Shown here: positions 50,803 through 63,830 of the stretch, piece by piece | Numbering within the stretch: the first letter of the stretch is position 1 | Layout of the letters: every line of letters begins with the position of its first letter | Assembly: GCF_009914755.1 (NCBI RefSeq) | Contig: NC_060930.1 | DNA: 64,000 nucleotides | Origin: the human T2T-CHM13v2.0 reference genome, Homo sapiens | Strand: one strand, 5' to 3' | Program-made: the position numbers and the translations under genes | Notes under the pieces: generated by a model | What the model was told of the DNA's origin: nothing | Database searches by the model: none | The model's input: only the letters and a program-made list of their open reading frames with translations

Positions 50803-51189
50803 TGTTAAATTAAATTTGGCCTAAATCTGCCTCTGTACCTAGTGAGCTGCGACCTAACTTAGTATGTAAACTGCAACCAGAGTATATTATTGTAACAAAT
50901 AGCTGAGTCTCAGCCAATCACAGCAGCCCAACCTAAGCCAATCATAGACTGCCAACTGATTGGACCATGTCCACATAAGGCACAGGCCTCATCACGCCAT
51001 GCTCAAATAAGGCAAATCAAGTTGTTTCCATATGTCCCTTCCTTTTTCTGTCTATAAATATTCCCTACCCATGTTGCTGGGTGGAGCCCTCTGAACATCT
51101 CCTGGTTCAGAGGGCTGCCTGATTCCTGAATTGTTCTTTATTTAAATAAACTTTGCTAAATTTAATTTGTCTAAGTTTTTCTTTTAACA
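50803..51189 (+). mobile_element. ERV1 solo LTR, MER57/LTR54 family
   Basis: TGTTAAATTAAATTTGGCCTAAA start, TAAATTTAATTTGTCTAAGTTTTTCTTTTAACA end; 4-bp TSD CATT/CACT. Confidence 0.85.
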
Positions 51190-53926
51190 CACTGATTGCT
51201 GAATTAAGTTTACAGAATTTAGTCTGGTATTTCTTTTCCTTCTAGGCACAAATGTCAGTATGTGCAGGTCAGTTTTCCAATAGATTGTGGTTTTGGTTAT
51301 AGCTCTTTAGGTGCATACATTAATTACAGGTAGAGTCTGTATTATATAACTGAAAAACAGTTCAAATGAATTTATTTGGTTTGCAACTCTCACAGGGCAC
51401 TGGTATTTTCACTTGAGCATGAGGCTCACTTTTCATAATGAAAGTGCCTGAACATGGTTTTAGCATATCTCTTCAATTTTCCTATTTAAAATTATTACTA
51501 AAGAAAATACCAATTACTAGATAAAATAGAGTTCCAGTAAGTTGGGACTTTAGTCATATTTATTCTACTTGACTTTGAATTAAGCAATATTTTAAAATTA
51601 TTTATAAACTAACTTTTGGATGATGCAAATTAAAATGTTTCAAGGTAAAGACAATAATATGATAGAACTACATGATAAAAAGAAACCACGTGGAGTAGCT
51701 TTTAAAATATCCATATCATGCTTGCCCTAATGAGATAGTTTTGTGATAAATACATTTTGCATATGACATTTAAAGCAATTGATTAAAGGAAAGGAAAGAT
51801 TGAAAGTTAGCAGGAGTAGGAATAAGATTTTTATTTCAGTAGTTTCTTTTTATGATTGCATTAGTGGGCTGCCATCAGAAGGTGGTTCATGAAGCCTCGG
51901 TTGTAACCTGCTGGGAGGCTCACAGTTAAAGATTGCAGAGTTCTGTTTCCTGGGTTCTAATGACTCTTACTTGCAGAACTTGGGGTATATGAGAGGTGTT
52001 TTTATTGGTTTATATGAGTAGCTGCTTGCAGAAGACTTATAATTTGACTAAAGAGGGTATCCATAAAAAAGACATGGTCAGGTATGTCCCATTGCACTGA
52101 ATACTAAAACGCCTTTGGTAGAGGCACGTTATGATTTCATTTCTGACTGTACATTGAATTATTTACACCTTCAAGGCAGCTGATTGAACTGTAACATCAG
52201 TCAATTAGCAAATCAAAAATTTATATGATTCCAATTTAGCATGGAGTCCTTCTCTCTCTCTTTTTTTTTTCTTTTTAGATTTCCACCCTGACAGTGACAA
52301 ATTACTCCTCTGCTGGCTGAGATTGGAAATTAAAAGCATTTAGAGTTGCTCATGCATTTATGCTAATGAGAACTTCTGATATGATTTGCATGCAAAAGAG
52401 GGCAATCTGAAAGCTCATCAGTTTTTCATGCTTCCGCATTTTGATGTAGCAGAATTTTTTCTGTTTTTCTGTGGAGCAAAATTTTTTCTTCAGGAAACAA
52501 TACCAAGTGTGAACAAAAAGAGTTCTTTTAAGTCAGAAAGTTCTTCTTTTTTACCCTCCAGATTCTTGTCAAATCCTATGCTCACTCTTTCAGAACTGCA
52601 GCCCACATTCATTAGCATTTTAGATGTTTATCAAAGGAAAGATCCAGTATCTGCCAAGCAAGATTATAGCTCAGCTTCATTTTCAATTCAGCAAAGGGGG
52701 CGAAAAAGACCCGGGGACAGATGAGAAAAGGGACATGCACCCTGACAATCTTCTTCATACTTAACACCCGAATTAATCCTATTTAGAGCAAATTTGATTA
52801 ATCACCGAAGGTGGCAGTTTTAACTTTCATAGATGGCACTGACAAATTTTAGGCATGGTCTTAGTATAAAACTCCTCCACCGATATTTGTATAGAAGACA
52901 GCAACATTAAAAATAAATACAGAAAACTTGAAGGGAAAAAACAAATGAGGAAGAAATGTACTAAACAGAAATTTTGAAAGGGATTTATTTCCATAAATAT
53001 GTACTTATTGAACTACTAACATAGCAAAGAGTGAATTAAAAGGATGGGAAATATGTAATTTAAAAAATTTTTTATTTTTCTTAGAAATTAATCCCTTTCT
53101 TGCGATTCTTCTGATTGGGTGAAAGTTAAATGTTACATTATCAAAATGTAGTTGATGCTGTAGAAATTGTATTTTGTCCAAATACATTTGCTTTGTTATT
53201 ACTGTCAACTCTGATTATTTGAAGACTTTATTCACATTTAATGCAGCTCAGAACTTGTTTTGCCCCAGCTATTTAAAGGGCAATGTACTTTACCCATATA
53301 TATAAATATAAATATACTCTCCACTCAAATAGAAAAGTCAGGCGACTTCTTCTGTTTTAAATGCATGTAATCTCCTTATTTACCTAAGACAGTTTAAGGA
53401 TGATTCCATAGAATGGCTGTTTGATTCTGGAGTTTACTTTAACAATGAAAATGATGGCAATCTAATTGCCTACTTGCATCCAGTGCCTTTAAGCTGCCCT
53501 CACATAGAGAAATGTGCACAATTCGAGCTGCTGAGGGTATTGCCCAGAGTCTTTGGAATCCATTCGGATCACTACCAATTTATCTCTTAGGACTACACTG
53601 TTGCCCCATTCCCCACTCCCACGTCTCTTTCAGGAGCCTTGGGCTTCCATTTCACATTGTAACTTGACTAAAATGTTTATTTTGAGTGTCCATGGATTTC
53701 CACAAGTATGATGGACACCCTAAGCCAGGAATTCCATTTGGGGCACCATCTAATATTGACTGGCTGGCATTTGACCTTCACGTGAGAGATTCCTGGCTCT
53801 GAGCCCTCTAACTTTCTCTTAGTATGTTGACTTTTCATCTGGGTCAGCTCATAATTCAGCTTACTTACTTACCTACCAGGAGGGAAAGGGGATCAGATCC
53901 AATGAGATAATTATCTATTTTGGGAG

Positions 53927-54281
53927 TGCTGTGGACTGGATTGCATCCCCCCAAAATCTATACATAGAAGCCTGAACCCCCCGTGTGACTGTTTGGAGAT
54001 AGGGCCAAGCAGGTGATTAAGCTGAAATGAGATCATAAGGATGGGGCCCTGACCCAGTGAGATTAGTGTACTTATAAGAAGAGACCACCAGAGAACTCTC
54101 TCTCCCTGCCACATGAGAACACAGCAAGAAGGCAGCTATCTGCAAGCTAGGAGGAGAGCCCTTACCTGGAATTGAACTGACTAGCACTTTGATCTTGCAC
54201 TTCCCAGCCTCCAGAACTGTGAGAAAATACATTTCTATTTAAGCCACCTATGATATTTTGATATGTCAGTAGACTAATACA
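53927..54281 (+). mobile_element. MLT1A-like solo LTR
   Basis: TGCTGTGGACTG start, GACTAATACA end; perfect 5-bp TSD GGGAG. Confidence 0.93.
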
Positions 54282-54890
54282 GGGAGGGAAGTAAGAAATG
54301 TATTATTTCTAAATGTGGAACTTAATCATTTGTTGTGATCTGCGCTATGCTTACTGCACATGGTATGGTCTAACATGACTGTCTTATGAAATGAACTTTT
54401 GATCTGTTATCCTCCATGACCATTTAATTTAGTTAATGTATCATCTTTGTATGGAATTATATAAATGAATACTCAATGGCAGACAGAAAATTTTGTTCAC
54501 TGAAGATAGAGGCACATGCAATATATAAAAATTTGCTGAGCAGAATTTTTGCAGTAAGGTTACTTCTAGAATCCATCAGACATCTATAAACTCTTTCTGC
54601 CTATCCAATACATGCAGAGAGAAGACTTTGCCACACAGACATAACAGAATTCTTTGTATTCTTGGAGGAGAGTTATATAATCGTAAACTCAGGAGTTGCA
54701 GGTCTTCATCCAATGACTAAATTGAAAGAAGGAGCTAGAGGTAGAGCTATTATGACATAAAGGCAAGAGACTCTAAAGTTTGCATTTTGAACCATTACAC
54801 AGAGACTGAGAATTGCTGTGATTGGAATGTCAGGTCTACTATAAAAATTATACTGGAATTTTTCTGAAAGAATTCCTGCTTTCCTTTCTT

Positions 54891-55196
54891 GTTTTTTTTT
54901 TTTTTTTTTTTTTTTGAGACAGAGTCTTGCTGTGTCACCCAGGCTGGAGTGCAGTGACATGATCTCAGATCACTGCAACCTCCACCTCCTGGGTTCACAC
55001 CATTCTCTTGGCTCAGCCTCCTGAGTAGCTGGGACTACAGGCGCCCAGCACCACACCTGGCTAATTTTTTGTATTTTTAGTAGAGACGGGGTTTCACCAT
55101 GTTAGCCAGGATGGTCTTGATCTCCTGACCTCGTGATCCCCCTGCCTCGGCCTCCCAAAATGCTGAGATTACAGGCGTGAGCCACTGCAACCAGCC
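54891..55196 (-). mobile_element. Alu, Sc8/Y boundary type
   Basis: GTTCACACCATTCTC, GTTAGCCAGGATGGTC and GACCTCGTGAT, but CACTGCAACCTCC; TSD TG(C/T)TTTCCTTTCTT at 54877 and 55197. Confidence 0.93.
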
Positions 55197-55654
55197 TGTT
55201 TTCCTTTCTTTTAAGGCTATATGTGCAAAGGAAAAAATTAACATCATTTCATTTACTCCAAGGTGCATTTTTTTTCAGACTTTCTTAGAAAACAAACGAC
55301 ATCTTTGTGCTACATCTGATACTGGGCGATTAGTTAATTTTTTGATATCTGGAGAAGTATTAATGGCCAGGTGCCATGAGGCAGCTCTAGCTGCTAGAAT
55401 GGGAGTGAGAACAGCCAGGAGGAGGCAGTGGCAGGGCTCTCAGGGCTGATGCAATGCTCTGTGCTATCCTGGAGGGATAGGAGTACTGAATTATTTTTCC
55501 CACTTTGCTTTGCCCTTGGCTGCCAAAAGCTATGTTTTCTAGTATAATTATTTATTCCTTCTGCTTGATAAAATTTGTATTCTGTTATTCTTATCATATA
55601 TTTGCTTTTCATTATAAATGACCTCCAATTCTTTCAAGGGGTGTCAATGAATCT

Positions 55655-55835
55655 GGCAATCACTAACATTTATTACAAGCACACTAAGTGCTAAGTGTTG
55701 ATGTGTGTTACAGTCCTATGAGGCAGGGAGTAGTTTACAGATGAGGGGATGTAGACTTGGAAAGGACATGTAGCTTGCCTAAGGCTCAGAGTTTCTGTAA
55801 GTGGCAGAGCCAGGACTAACATCTGGGCTCATCTG
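55655..55835 (-). mobile_element. MIR
   Basis: CCTATGAGGCAGG...TTTACAGATGAGG...CTTGCCTAAGG...GTAAGTGGCAGAGCCAGGA. Confidence 0.75.
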
Positions 55836-57049
55836 TCATTGAAGTTGACAGTACAGTGATGTTAGTGACAGAGGGTTGCTAGCTGGGACATCTTCAGACA
55901 TAATGTCCTCAGGTATTCGTTGTATTTTCAACTCCAGAAAGGGATCAACAACATATCTCTTTGGAAAGAAGTCAATTTGCTGGATTCTATCTACTGTGTG
56001 TATATGTACAGAGCAGTGTTTATGCAGCATATTCTGGTACCTTTTTTTGCTGCTCCTTTGAGGGGGTTATTACAAAGAAAAGGTTCAAATTAATGATGCA
56101 AATGAAGTTCCTTGACCCTTGCTTTATCAGTGGAGTTCCATCCAGAGTTAAGACAGGCTCTAGAATCTGCATTAATGTTACTTCATGGAACACATCTTGT
56201 GCATAGCAAAAGCCCCATCCATTTTCCATTCTAACAGATCCTCCTGCAATATATGCTTACAGCATAAGCTCATATTTACACCAAACCATTGTCTGTGTCT
56301 TGTTGCTCATTCATTTATTGAAGGCTTTTGAATGTGTTATGCTAGAGAAGCCAGGCAGACAATACTATTTCTTTAGCACATGTGCTTTTGGGGCACAATT
56401 CTTCCTGCCTTGACAAATTACAATGATGGTTTTGCCAGATGGAATATGGACTCCCCAAGGAAATGTGGGGACTGCTAAGGACTCTGCAAAGGCAGCAAAA
56501 TGTGTTCCACTTGGAACAGGAGTTGATAGTCAGAAGTCAAATAGAGGTTGTACCAACAACCATTTACACTTATAAAGCCACCTTTACAAAGGAATCCCAC
56601 GGCACAGTGCGTTTAGACTTTTTAAAATGTCAGTGGTTAAGGACAACAGAGAGCAGCGGCAAACATAACCTTTAGTGTAGCCCTGAGTACTGACAGAGAA
56701 TAAGAGGTTGCGTGCTTTTTATAGGAAGCGTATTATACTCACTGCATTGTCTCAAACCACCATTGTTCCAAATGTGAAACTTTTATTTGATACCAGTGGA
56801 TTTTGGTGTTGCTGTGTGATGGCAGAATCTGATCCTAATTCAGCAAGTATGTCTAAGCTTTTTGCTACGTGAAATAAAATTGCTACAAGGCAGCACTACT
56901 TTGTTGAGTCTACCAACTAGGGTTGATAACTTTGTTCTTTTAAAACAAGATACAGCCACCTAAGTATTCTATGTTCACACTGCAACAAACTTTCTAAAAT
57001 TTAAACATGCTTGTCTGTTTTGATGCCTTGTCAAATTGTTGTTCTTTTT

Positions 57050-57526
57050 GTTTTTATTGATATATAATAGTTGTACATATTTTTGGGGTAAATGTGATAT
57101 TTTGATACATATACACAGTGCATAATGATCAAATCAGGGTAATTGGGAAATTTATTGCCTCAAACATTCACCTTTTTTGGTTGGGGAGAGAGAACATTTC
57201 AGTTCTTCTCTTCTAGCTATTTTAAAATATACAATAAATTGTTATTAACTATAATTTCTCTACTGTACTATTGAATATTAGAACTTTCATCTAACTGCAT
57301 TTTTAGACTCATTAACCAACTTCTCTTCATTCCCACCTCTTCCCTTCCCAGCCTCAGTATCTATCATTCTACTCTCTAATTCCATGAGATCCAATTTTTT
57401 TAGCTCCCACATGTGAGTGAGAATATGTGATATTTGTCTTTCTGTGCCTGTCTTATTTCACTTAACATAATAACCTCCAGTTCCATCCATGTTGCTGCAA
57501 GTGACAGGTCATTTTTTGTCCTTTTT
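57050..57526 (-). mobile_element. L1MA4/5-like 3' end, 5'-truncated
   Basis: TTGTACATATTTTTGGGGTA...ATGATCAAATCAGGGTAATTGG...; 17-bp TSD AA(A/G)TTGTTGTTCTTTTT at 57033 and 57527. Confidence 0.92.
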
Positions 57527-58299
57527 AAGTTGTTGTTCTTTTTATTCCAAGCTGACAATATTGATAATTAACAATGCCCATGTAGGTGTCAATGGGCTTC
57601 CTTGCACTGTGCGTGTATAAAACTTCATCTATGTTTTATAGATGTAATGGTACACTTCATTGTAGAGAACAGTGTTGTTTCAGTTCTGAAACTTTAGATT
57701 TGTAAATTCTAAAATTTCTGATTTGACATCTTCTTTTTGGTTTCCTTAAACTAGAAAGTTGTCATTTTCTAAACAAGCAACCCATAAAATGTGGCAATTT
57801 ATTGAATAAATCTAAATTTTCATTGTAGGATATGGATGTCTTTTTTGTATAGTTTTATAATATCCAAAAGGTTGAGATAAGGAAATAGATGACAAGTCAG
57901 GCAGTTGTCAGAGAGAAGTTCTAAGAATGTTATTCATTGCTTCATATTATCAATTCCTTCAGAAATCTGACTCTCCGCCCCCCACACACTTTTTGTGGTT
58001 ATAAAAGGTGAATGAAGAACTCAGAGATATTTCAGATGGTTTCATCCTCAGCTCCTAAATTTTATCTTTAGAGGATTCCCTTTGATTTATCTTTATGATT
58101 CATTTTTTAGTCTCCAGAATTATAAAAGTGAACTAATTTTGTCTCTAAATATAAATCAGAACTAATTGATAATAGTTTTCCAATTACTTTGAATTTATCA
58201 TGAATCTGACTTTTGAAACATGAACAGTCTTTTAATGGATTATAGATCTTCAAACTTTATCATAAAACACATAACATTTTAGCAATAGGAAAGGTATGC

Positions 58300-58755
58300 T
58301 AAATTATCTATCTCACGTTCTGACATTCCATGTAATCTTTGTGGGTAAGGACTTAAAATAATAAAAACTCATACTTTCTCTCTTCCTCTCAACTGGCTAG
58401 AGGAGTCAGCTTCAGGATGCAAGTCTGCCATTGGCTAGGTTAATGCCATGCTGTAAGTTTCCTTTGGATATGCTTCACTCTGAGGCTCAGGCTGGAAGAC
58501 TATTGGCTACCTGATGTATATTCGCATGGAAATGGTAGAAGCTCAATAGAGAAAACCCAAATGGGTACAGTCACATCCCAAGTCTCTGCTCTGTCATGTC
58601 ACTATTGTCTTATTCACCAAAGCAAGTCAAATGACCAAACTCGAAGTCAGAGAGTAGGAAAATATCCAGTGCCTCCATCAGACCATGGCAGACATGTGGC
58701 TGTGTGTTACTAGTGTAGGGAACTGACACTTGTGACTGATCAATCCATTTCTCCT
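58300..58755 (-). mobile_element. MLT1I/J-like LTR
   Basis: CCAAAGCAAGTCAAATGACCAAACTCGAAGTCAG and CAGGCTGGAAG blocks. Confidence 0.65.
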
Positions 58756-58789
58756 TAAACTAGCGATAGTGGATGATGTTATCTACAAT

Positions 58790-58970
58790 TGCTAATCTAC
58801 CACAAACCTCAAAGAGGTACATAGTATTATTATTAACATCACTTTACAAAGGAGAACACTGGGGCAGAGAGGGAACTAGTAACTTGCTGAGGATCACACA
58901 GCTGATAAATAGCAGAGCTTGGATTCAAACCATGTAGTCTGGCCTCACAGTCCTGACTAACCCTCTGTAT
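58790..58970 (-). mobile_element. MIR
   Basis: TTTACAAAGGAGAACACTGGGGCAGAGAG...AGTAACTTGCTGAGGATCACACAGCT...GGATTCAAACC. Confidence 0.85.
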
Positions 58971-59206
58971 GGGCTTAGCAGCTCGAAGCACCAATTTCTC
59001 TCTTTCTGACATACTAGAAAAAGTAAAATGTGATTGACACAATGGTGGCAGATCGCAAAAAAATCAAGAAATGTGTATTTTCTATTAGTGAGAGGAGGCG
59101 TTACTGTAAAGCAATAAGCCAATATCACTGCCACTCAACAAAAGCTTCAGAACCACAAGGAGATAGAGTGGAAGGTACATGGGGGAGAAAGTTTAGAGCA
59201 TGATGA

Positions 59207-59605
<399 letters not shown>

Positions 59606-59699
59606 TCAAAGATGCCTTAGGAAAGTAGGCAGGATAAGACAGCACAACCTACCTCTGATTAAAAGATTGAGATTTACCATAAAAATACCCTAATAAATG

Positions 59700-61030
59700 G
59701 ACTGAAGACACACCATACAGAAATACAAGAACCTAAATAAAAGATGATGAGAAAATAGGGAGAATTGAAACAAGACCCTGGCAGAACTTAGGAAAAAAAA
59801 GTAGAATAAAAAAATGCAGAAAAGAAATAGCAAATTGCACAAATAAAAACTACACTCTAGTAAGCAAAGACAGAGATTTAAAGGGTGGAGCCAAGAATAG
59901 TGATCAAAATAAGATGAAAAATTATGAATTTATTTTAAAAGATTAGAGGGAAACTTCCAATATAGTATAAAGCAAAAGTGGTACAGCATATACATAATTG
60001 CAGTGTAAAAAGAAAAGCAAGAAAAATAGGGGAAATATATTTAAAAATACAATTCAAACATATTTTCAAAAATAAAAGAATATTTACAAATATATTTAAA
60101 AGTCATATCCCATGCTGAGGGAAAGAACATCAGTGTGGTCAACACTGAGGTGTAGCCTAACAAAATTATTGGTCTTTAAAGAAAAATAAAAAAGAAATCT
60201 CTGTACAACCAGCTTACAAGAGGAAAGTATCACCCTGGCTTCAGATTTCTTCACAGTAACATTTGATTCTAGATTTGAGTAGCAGTACAAAATCATAAAA
60301 GCTATTATAATGCCTCAGCAACTAATATGTAAAATAGAAGAATGGAATAGAGTAGAATAGAAAAAAGTCTGGAAATAAGCACCAAATACATAAGAATGTA
60401 GGATTTAGGACAAAATGGCCTCGCAAATCAGTGGTACAGACAGATTGTTTAACTTATAGTGTTGTGACCACTGAATGGTCATCTGGGGAAAGATGACATT
60501 GATTCCATATTTCATATTTCTTGCTAGGATAAATTTTAAATGAACGAATGAATTAGATGTGGAAAATAAAACTATGGAAGTTCTAGAAGAAAACATGGAA
60601 TAATTTCTTGAAACTAGAATGTCTTTCTAATCATAACTCTTAATTCAGATGCTATAAAGACTGATAAACTTCAATAAAAATAATGATGTTATGCAGGCTG
60701 TAAAAAGGGCATATGTAAAATCAAAAGACAAATGACCAACAGGGAAAGTACATTTTCAACTTATGTAATAGACAAAGAGCATATATTTAGAATTCTCATA
60801 AATCAATAAAAAAGCAAAATATATAGAAGCAGACAGTTGAGAAAAAGCCTTTATCAACATATGGCAAGATGTTTTCATCATAGTAAGGATCTAAAAATAA
60901 AGCTAAAGTGTTTTGTTTTTTGTATTAATCTGGATACCTAAATTTGATAGTATATTCTATTGCTGAGACTAAGGATTTGGCCTCTTCATTCATTGCTGGT
61001 GAGAGTGTAAATTTGTACAACTGCACAGGG
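59700..61030 (+). mobile_element. HAL1/L1M ORF1-like (to about 60295) joined to an L1ME ORF2 3' fragment
   Basis: CTTACAAGAGGAAAGTATCACCCTGGCTTCAGATTTCT (like TYKGxxIRLASDFS); AAAAGTCTGGAAATA, CTAGAAGAAAACAT and CATTGCTGGTGAGAGTGTAAAT. Confidence 0.6.
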
Positions 61031-61249
61031 CAGTGATATCATCTTAAAATATCTATTATTTTAGGCTTCTTTTCCCTTCTTTAGATTTTATTTTGGAGAG
61101 TGTGTTTCATTTTTATTTCATCATAAGCAAGTGTTAGATTTTGTCAAAGAATTTTCAGCCTCTTTCAGTGAGGTTATCATGATTTACTCCCATACTCAGT
61201 TAGCAAATGCATTACATTAATAAAAATGACCTGATTGAACCATTCTTTT

Positions 61250-61715
61250 CGTATCAGTCATGGTAGGGTCAGGAAGATGGACACCCTGCCTGGTGGTTCA
61301 AAAGTGGGAATTAAATGTAGGGAACTAGTTACAGATGTGTTGGGAGGGCTAAAGGGGATGGCTGGGGATGCTAAATTAACCCACAGATTGTGACAGCAGG
61401 AGCCACTACCATCCCTGGGGCTGGAGAGACAAGCAGAAGCCTTAGGTTGCTAAGCCACTGGAGAGTAGTTTACCCAGACCAGCAGGGGGTGGGATCTCTG
61501 AGGATGGACAGCCACTGCTGGTGATGCCACCAGAAGTTGTAAGGTTGGAGAACTAACCACAGATTTTCTGCAACTTCTGCCCTCCAATTTCCTGTAATAC
61601 CTCCCATTGGCTAAACCTCACCAGAAGCCAATGCTTAAGGAAACCAAAGACATGAGGTATTCAGATTAAGTTCCTTTCCCATGCAGAGCAGAACAGGAAA
61701 ATGATCTCTACACTC
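61250..61715 (-). mobile_element. LTR33-like ERVL LTR inserted in an old L1
   Basis: GTATCAGTCA...; CTCCAATTTCCTGTAATACCTCCCATTGGCTAAACCTCACCAGAAGCCA. Confidence 0.7.
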
Positions 61716-63830
61716 ATGTCCTGGTATACATTGTACTGGCCATGATATAAAATTTATTTTAATACATTGCTGAATATATTTTGTTTATATTTTACTTAGG
61801 ATTTTGCTTCTGTATTACTGAGATTGGCTTTATACTTTTGTGTGTGAGTGTATGATGGCTAACTGCAAGTTTTGGTAATGGAGTTACATGCTACATTCTC
61901 TAGAGGCTGTGGAACATGTAGTACATGTTTTCGTGCTCTGGAATGTGAGGATTATCTTTCTCTTGATCCAATTTTATTATTTTACAACTTTTAAAGTTGA
62001 ATTTTATATTGAAAGAAAATCTCCCCCATATCTTTTGTTATATTTCTTTTCTCACTTCCACTGTTTTATGTTTTATTATTTTTTTAACTCAGGCCTTCAT
62101 TCTTTTTTTCCTGTTTAGATTTGCCAGGGATTGGCGTTTCATATATATGTTTTTAACTTTAAAATACATGAAATCTTTCCTACAGAAAAGATTAAGTACC
62201 AATAGATACCAAAGTTTTACCATATTCTCTTCATTTCATTTTTAACTTTTAAAATAAATGAAACAGTAGGTAAAGCTAGAACTCACCTGTTTTCTTTCAT
62301 TTTTCTCTTGCTTAAGAGGGTAGATGTGTCTCATTCCATTTCTTTTTAAATACATTTATGCATTTAAAATCAATATGTACTATTATTTTGTGGTTTTAAT
62401 TTCCAAAATTTTGCCGTATAGTAAACATCACTTTGTGCATTTTTCTCTTAATAATAATATTTTTAGATTTATGATATATGTTGGTGTTTACAGATCTAGT
62501 TTATTCACTTAAACTGCTCTGTAGCACTCAAACTTTCTGAGTAAATCTCTGTATCTTTTACTCTAAGACAGGTTATTTCTAAATTTGTTTTTCCATATTA
62601 TATGATGATCTTTTCATTTTTTTATGCAGCTATACAGACATTCTCTAAAAAGACTATTTAAAAACAAAATTGCTTGATAATAGAATATTTCTAAATTAAA
62701 CTTCACTCAATAGTGCTAAATTTTCTTCAAAATTTTTTATTGGTTTACACTCCCACCAGCAATTCCCACTGTACTACACTTTCATCAGCATTTGATGGTG
62801 CCATTTTAAATTTTGCTCATGTATTTTTAATTTCCACTCAGGTTTCTTGCTGTGTGAATTGTGTGGTAATATCCTTTGCTAATTTTTCTATAGGTTCTTC
62901 GCATTTTTCTTACTGATTTGTAGGTATTCTTTATATCTTCTATACTCAAATGGTGTCCTTGGTATATTGATCACAAATATCTTTCCTCCTAAATGACTTT
63001 CTTTTTCTTGAGTCATCTTTTGTAAGTTCAAACTTTTTATTTCAATGGAGTCCTATTTAATGAATTTTTCTTTATTAGATTTTATTTCATGTCGTATTTG
63101 AGAAATTGTTTCCTATCCTAATGCCATGAAGTTATTCTAAATGTTTTATATCTTTATTTTTTATTAAAAGTCTTTCTTAGTAAACTGTGTATTTAATAAA
63201 AATTCAATGCATACTTAGGTCTTAATCCTTTTGGGATAAATTTCTGTGTATGGTGTGAGGTAGAGATCAACTTTTGTCTTTTTCTGTATGCACGATCAAC
63301 TGCCCCTTGACATTTATTGAATAAATCATGCTTTCTCCACTGATTTGTATTGCCATCTCTGCCACATATTAAGATTTCATTTGTATGTTTCCATGATGTG
63401 TTTTCTGTACCTGTGGAAAGTTTTATCTATTTCTATACTAATTTCTCCTTGTTTTAATTACTATAATTTTATAGAAGGTTTTGATACAAAATAGAGTGTC
63501 CATTTTTGTTCTTCTTGAAAATTGTGCTGGATATTCTTTAGCTTTTATTCTATTACATGAATTTTAAAATCAGTTTTTCAATTTTCATGATATCCTTCTT
63601 AGGGTTTTGATTGAGATTAATTTAATTTATAGACTAATCTTGGGAGAATTGATAGCTTTTATAATATTTATTCTTCCCATTTTTTTCTTTTAACTTATAT
63701 TTCCTATGTGGACTTTCTAGAAAGTCTCACAACTTTCATCATGAAGGTCTTTTGCTTCATTTACTCCTTAATGTTTTGGTGTTATTGTTGTTGTATATAA
63801 ATGTTATCTGTTAGGAAATTATGATGTCTA
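61716..63830 (-). mobile_element. Old L1M/L1ME fragments
   Basis: TTTACACTCCCACCAGCA, TGTGTATGGTGTGAGGTAGAGATC and ATGAATTTTAAAATCAGTTT. Confidence 0.7.

Noticed and set aside
62281-62289. Perfect minus-strand donor CAG|GTGAGT
   Set aside because: Lies in degraded L1 with no convincing partner acceptor
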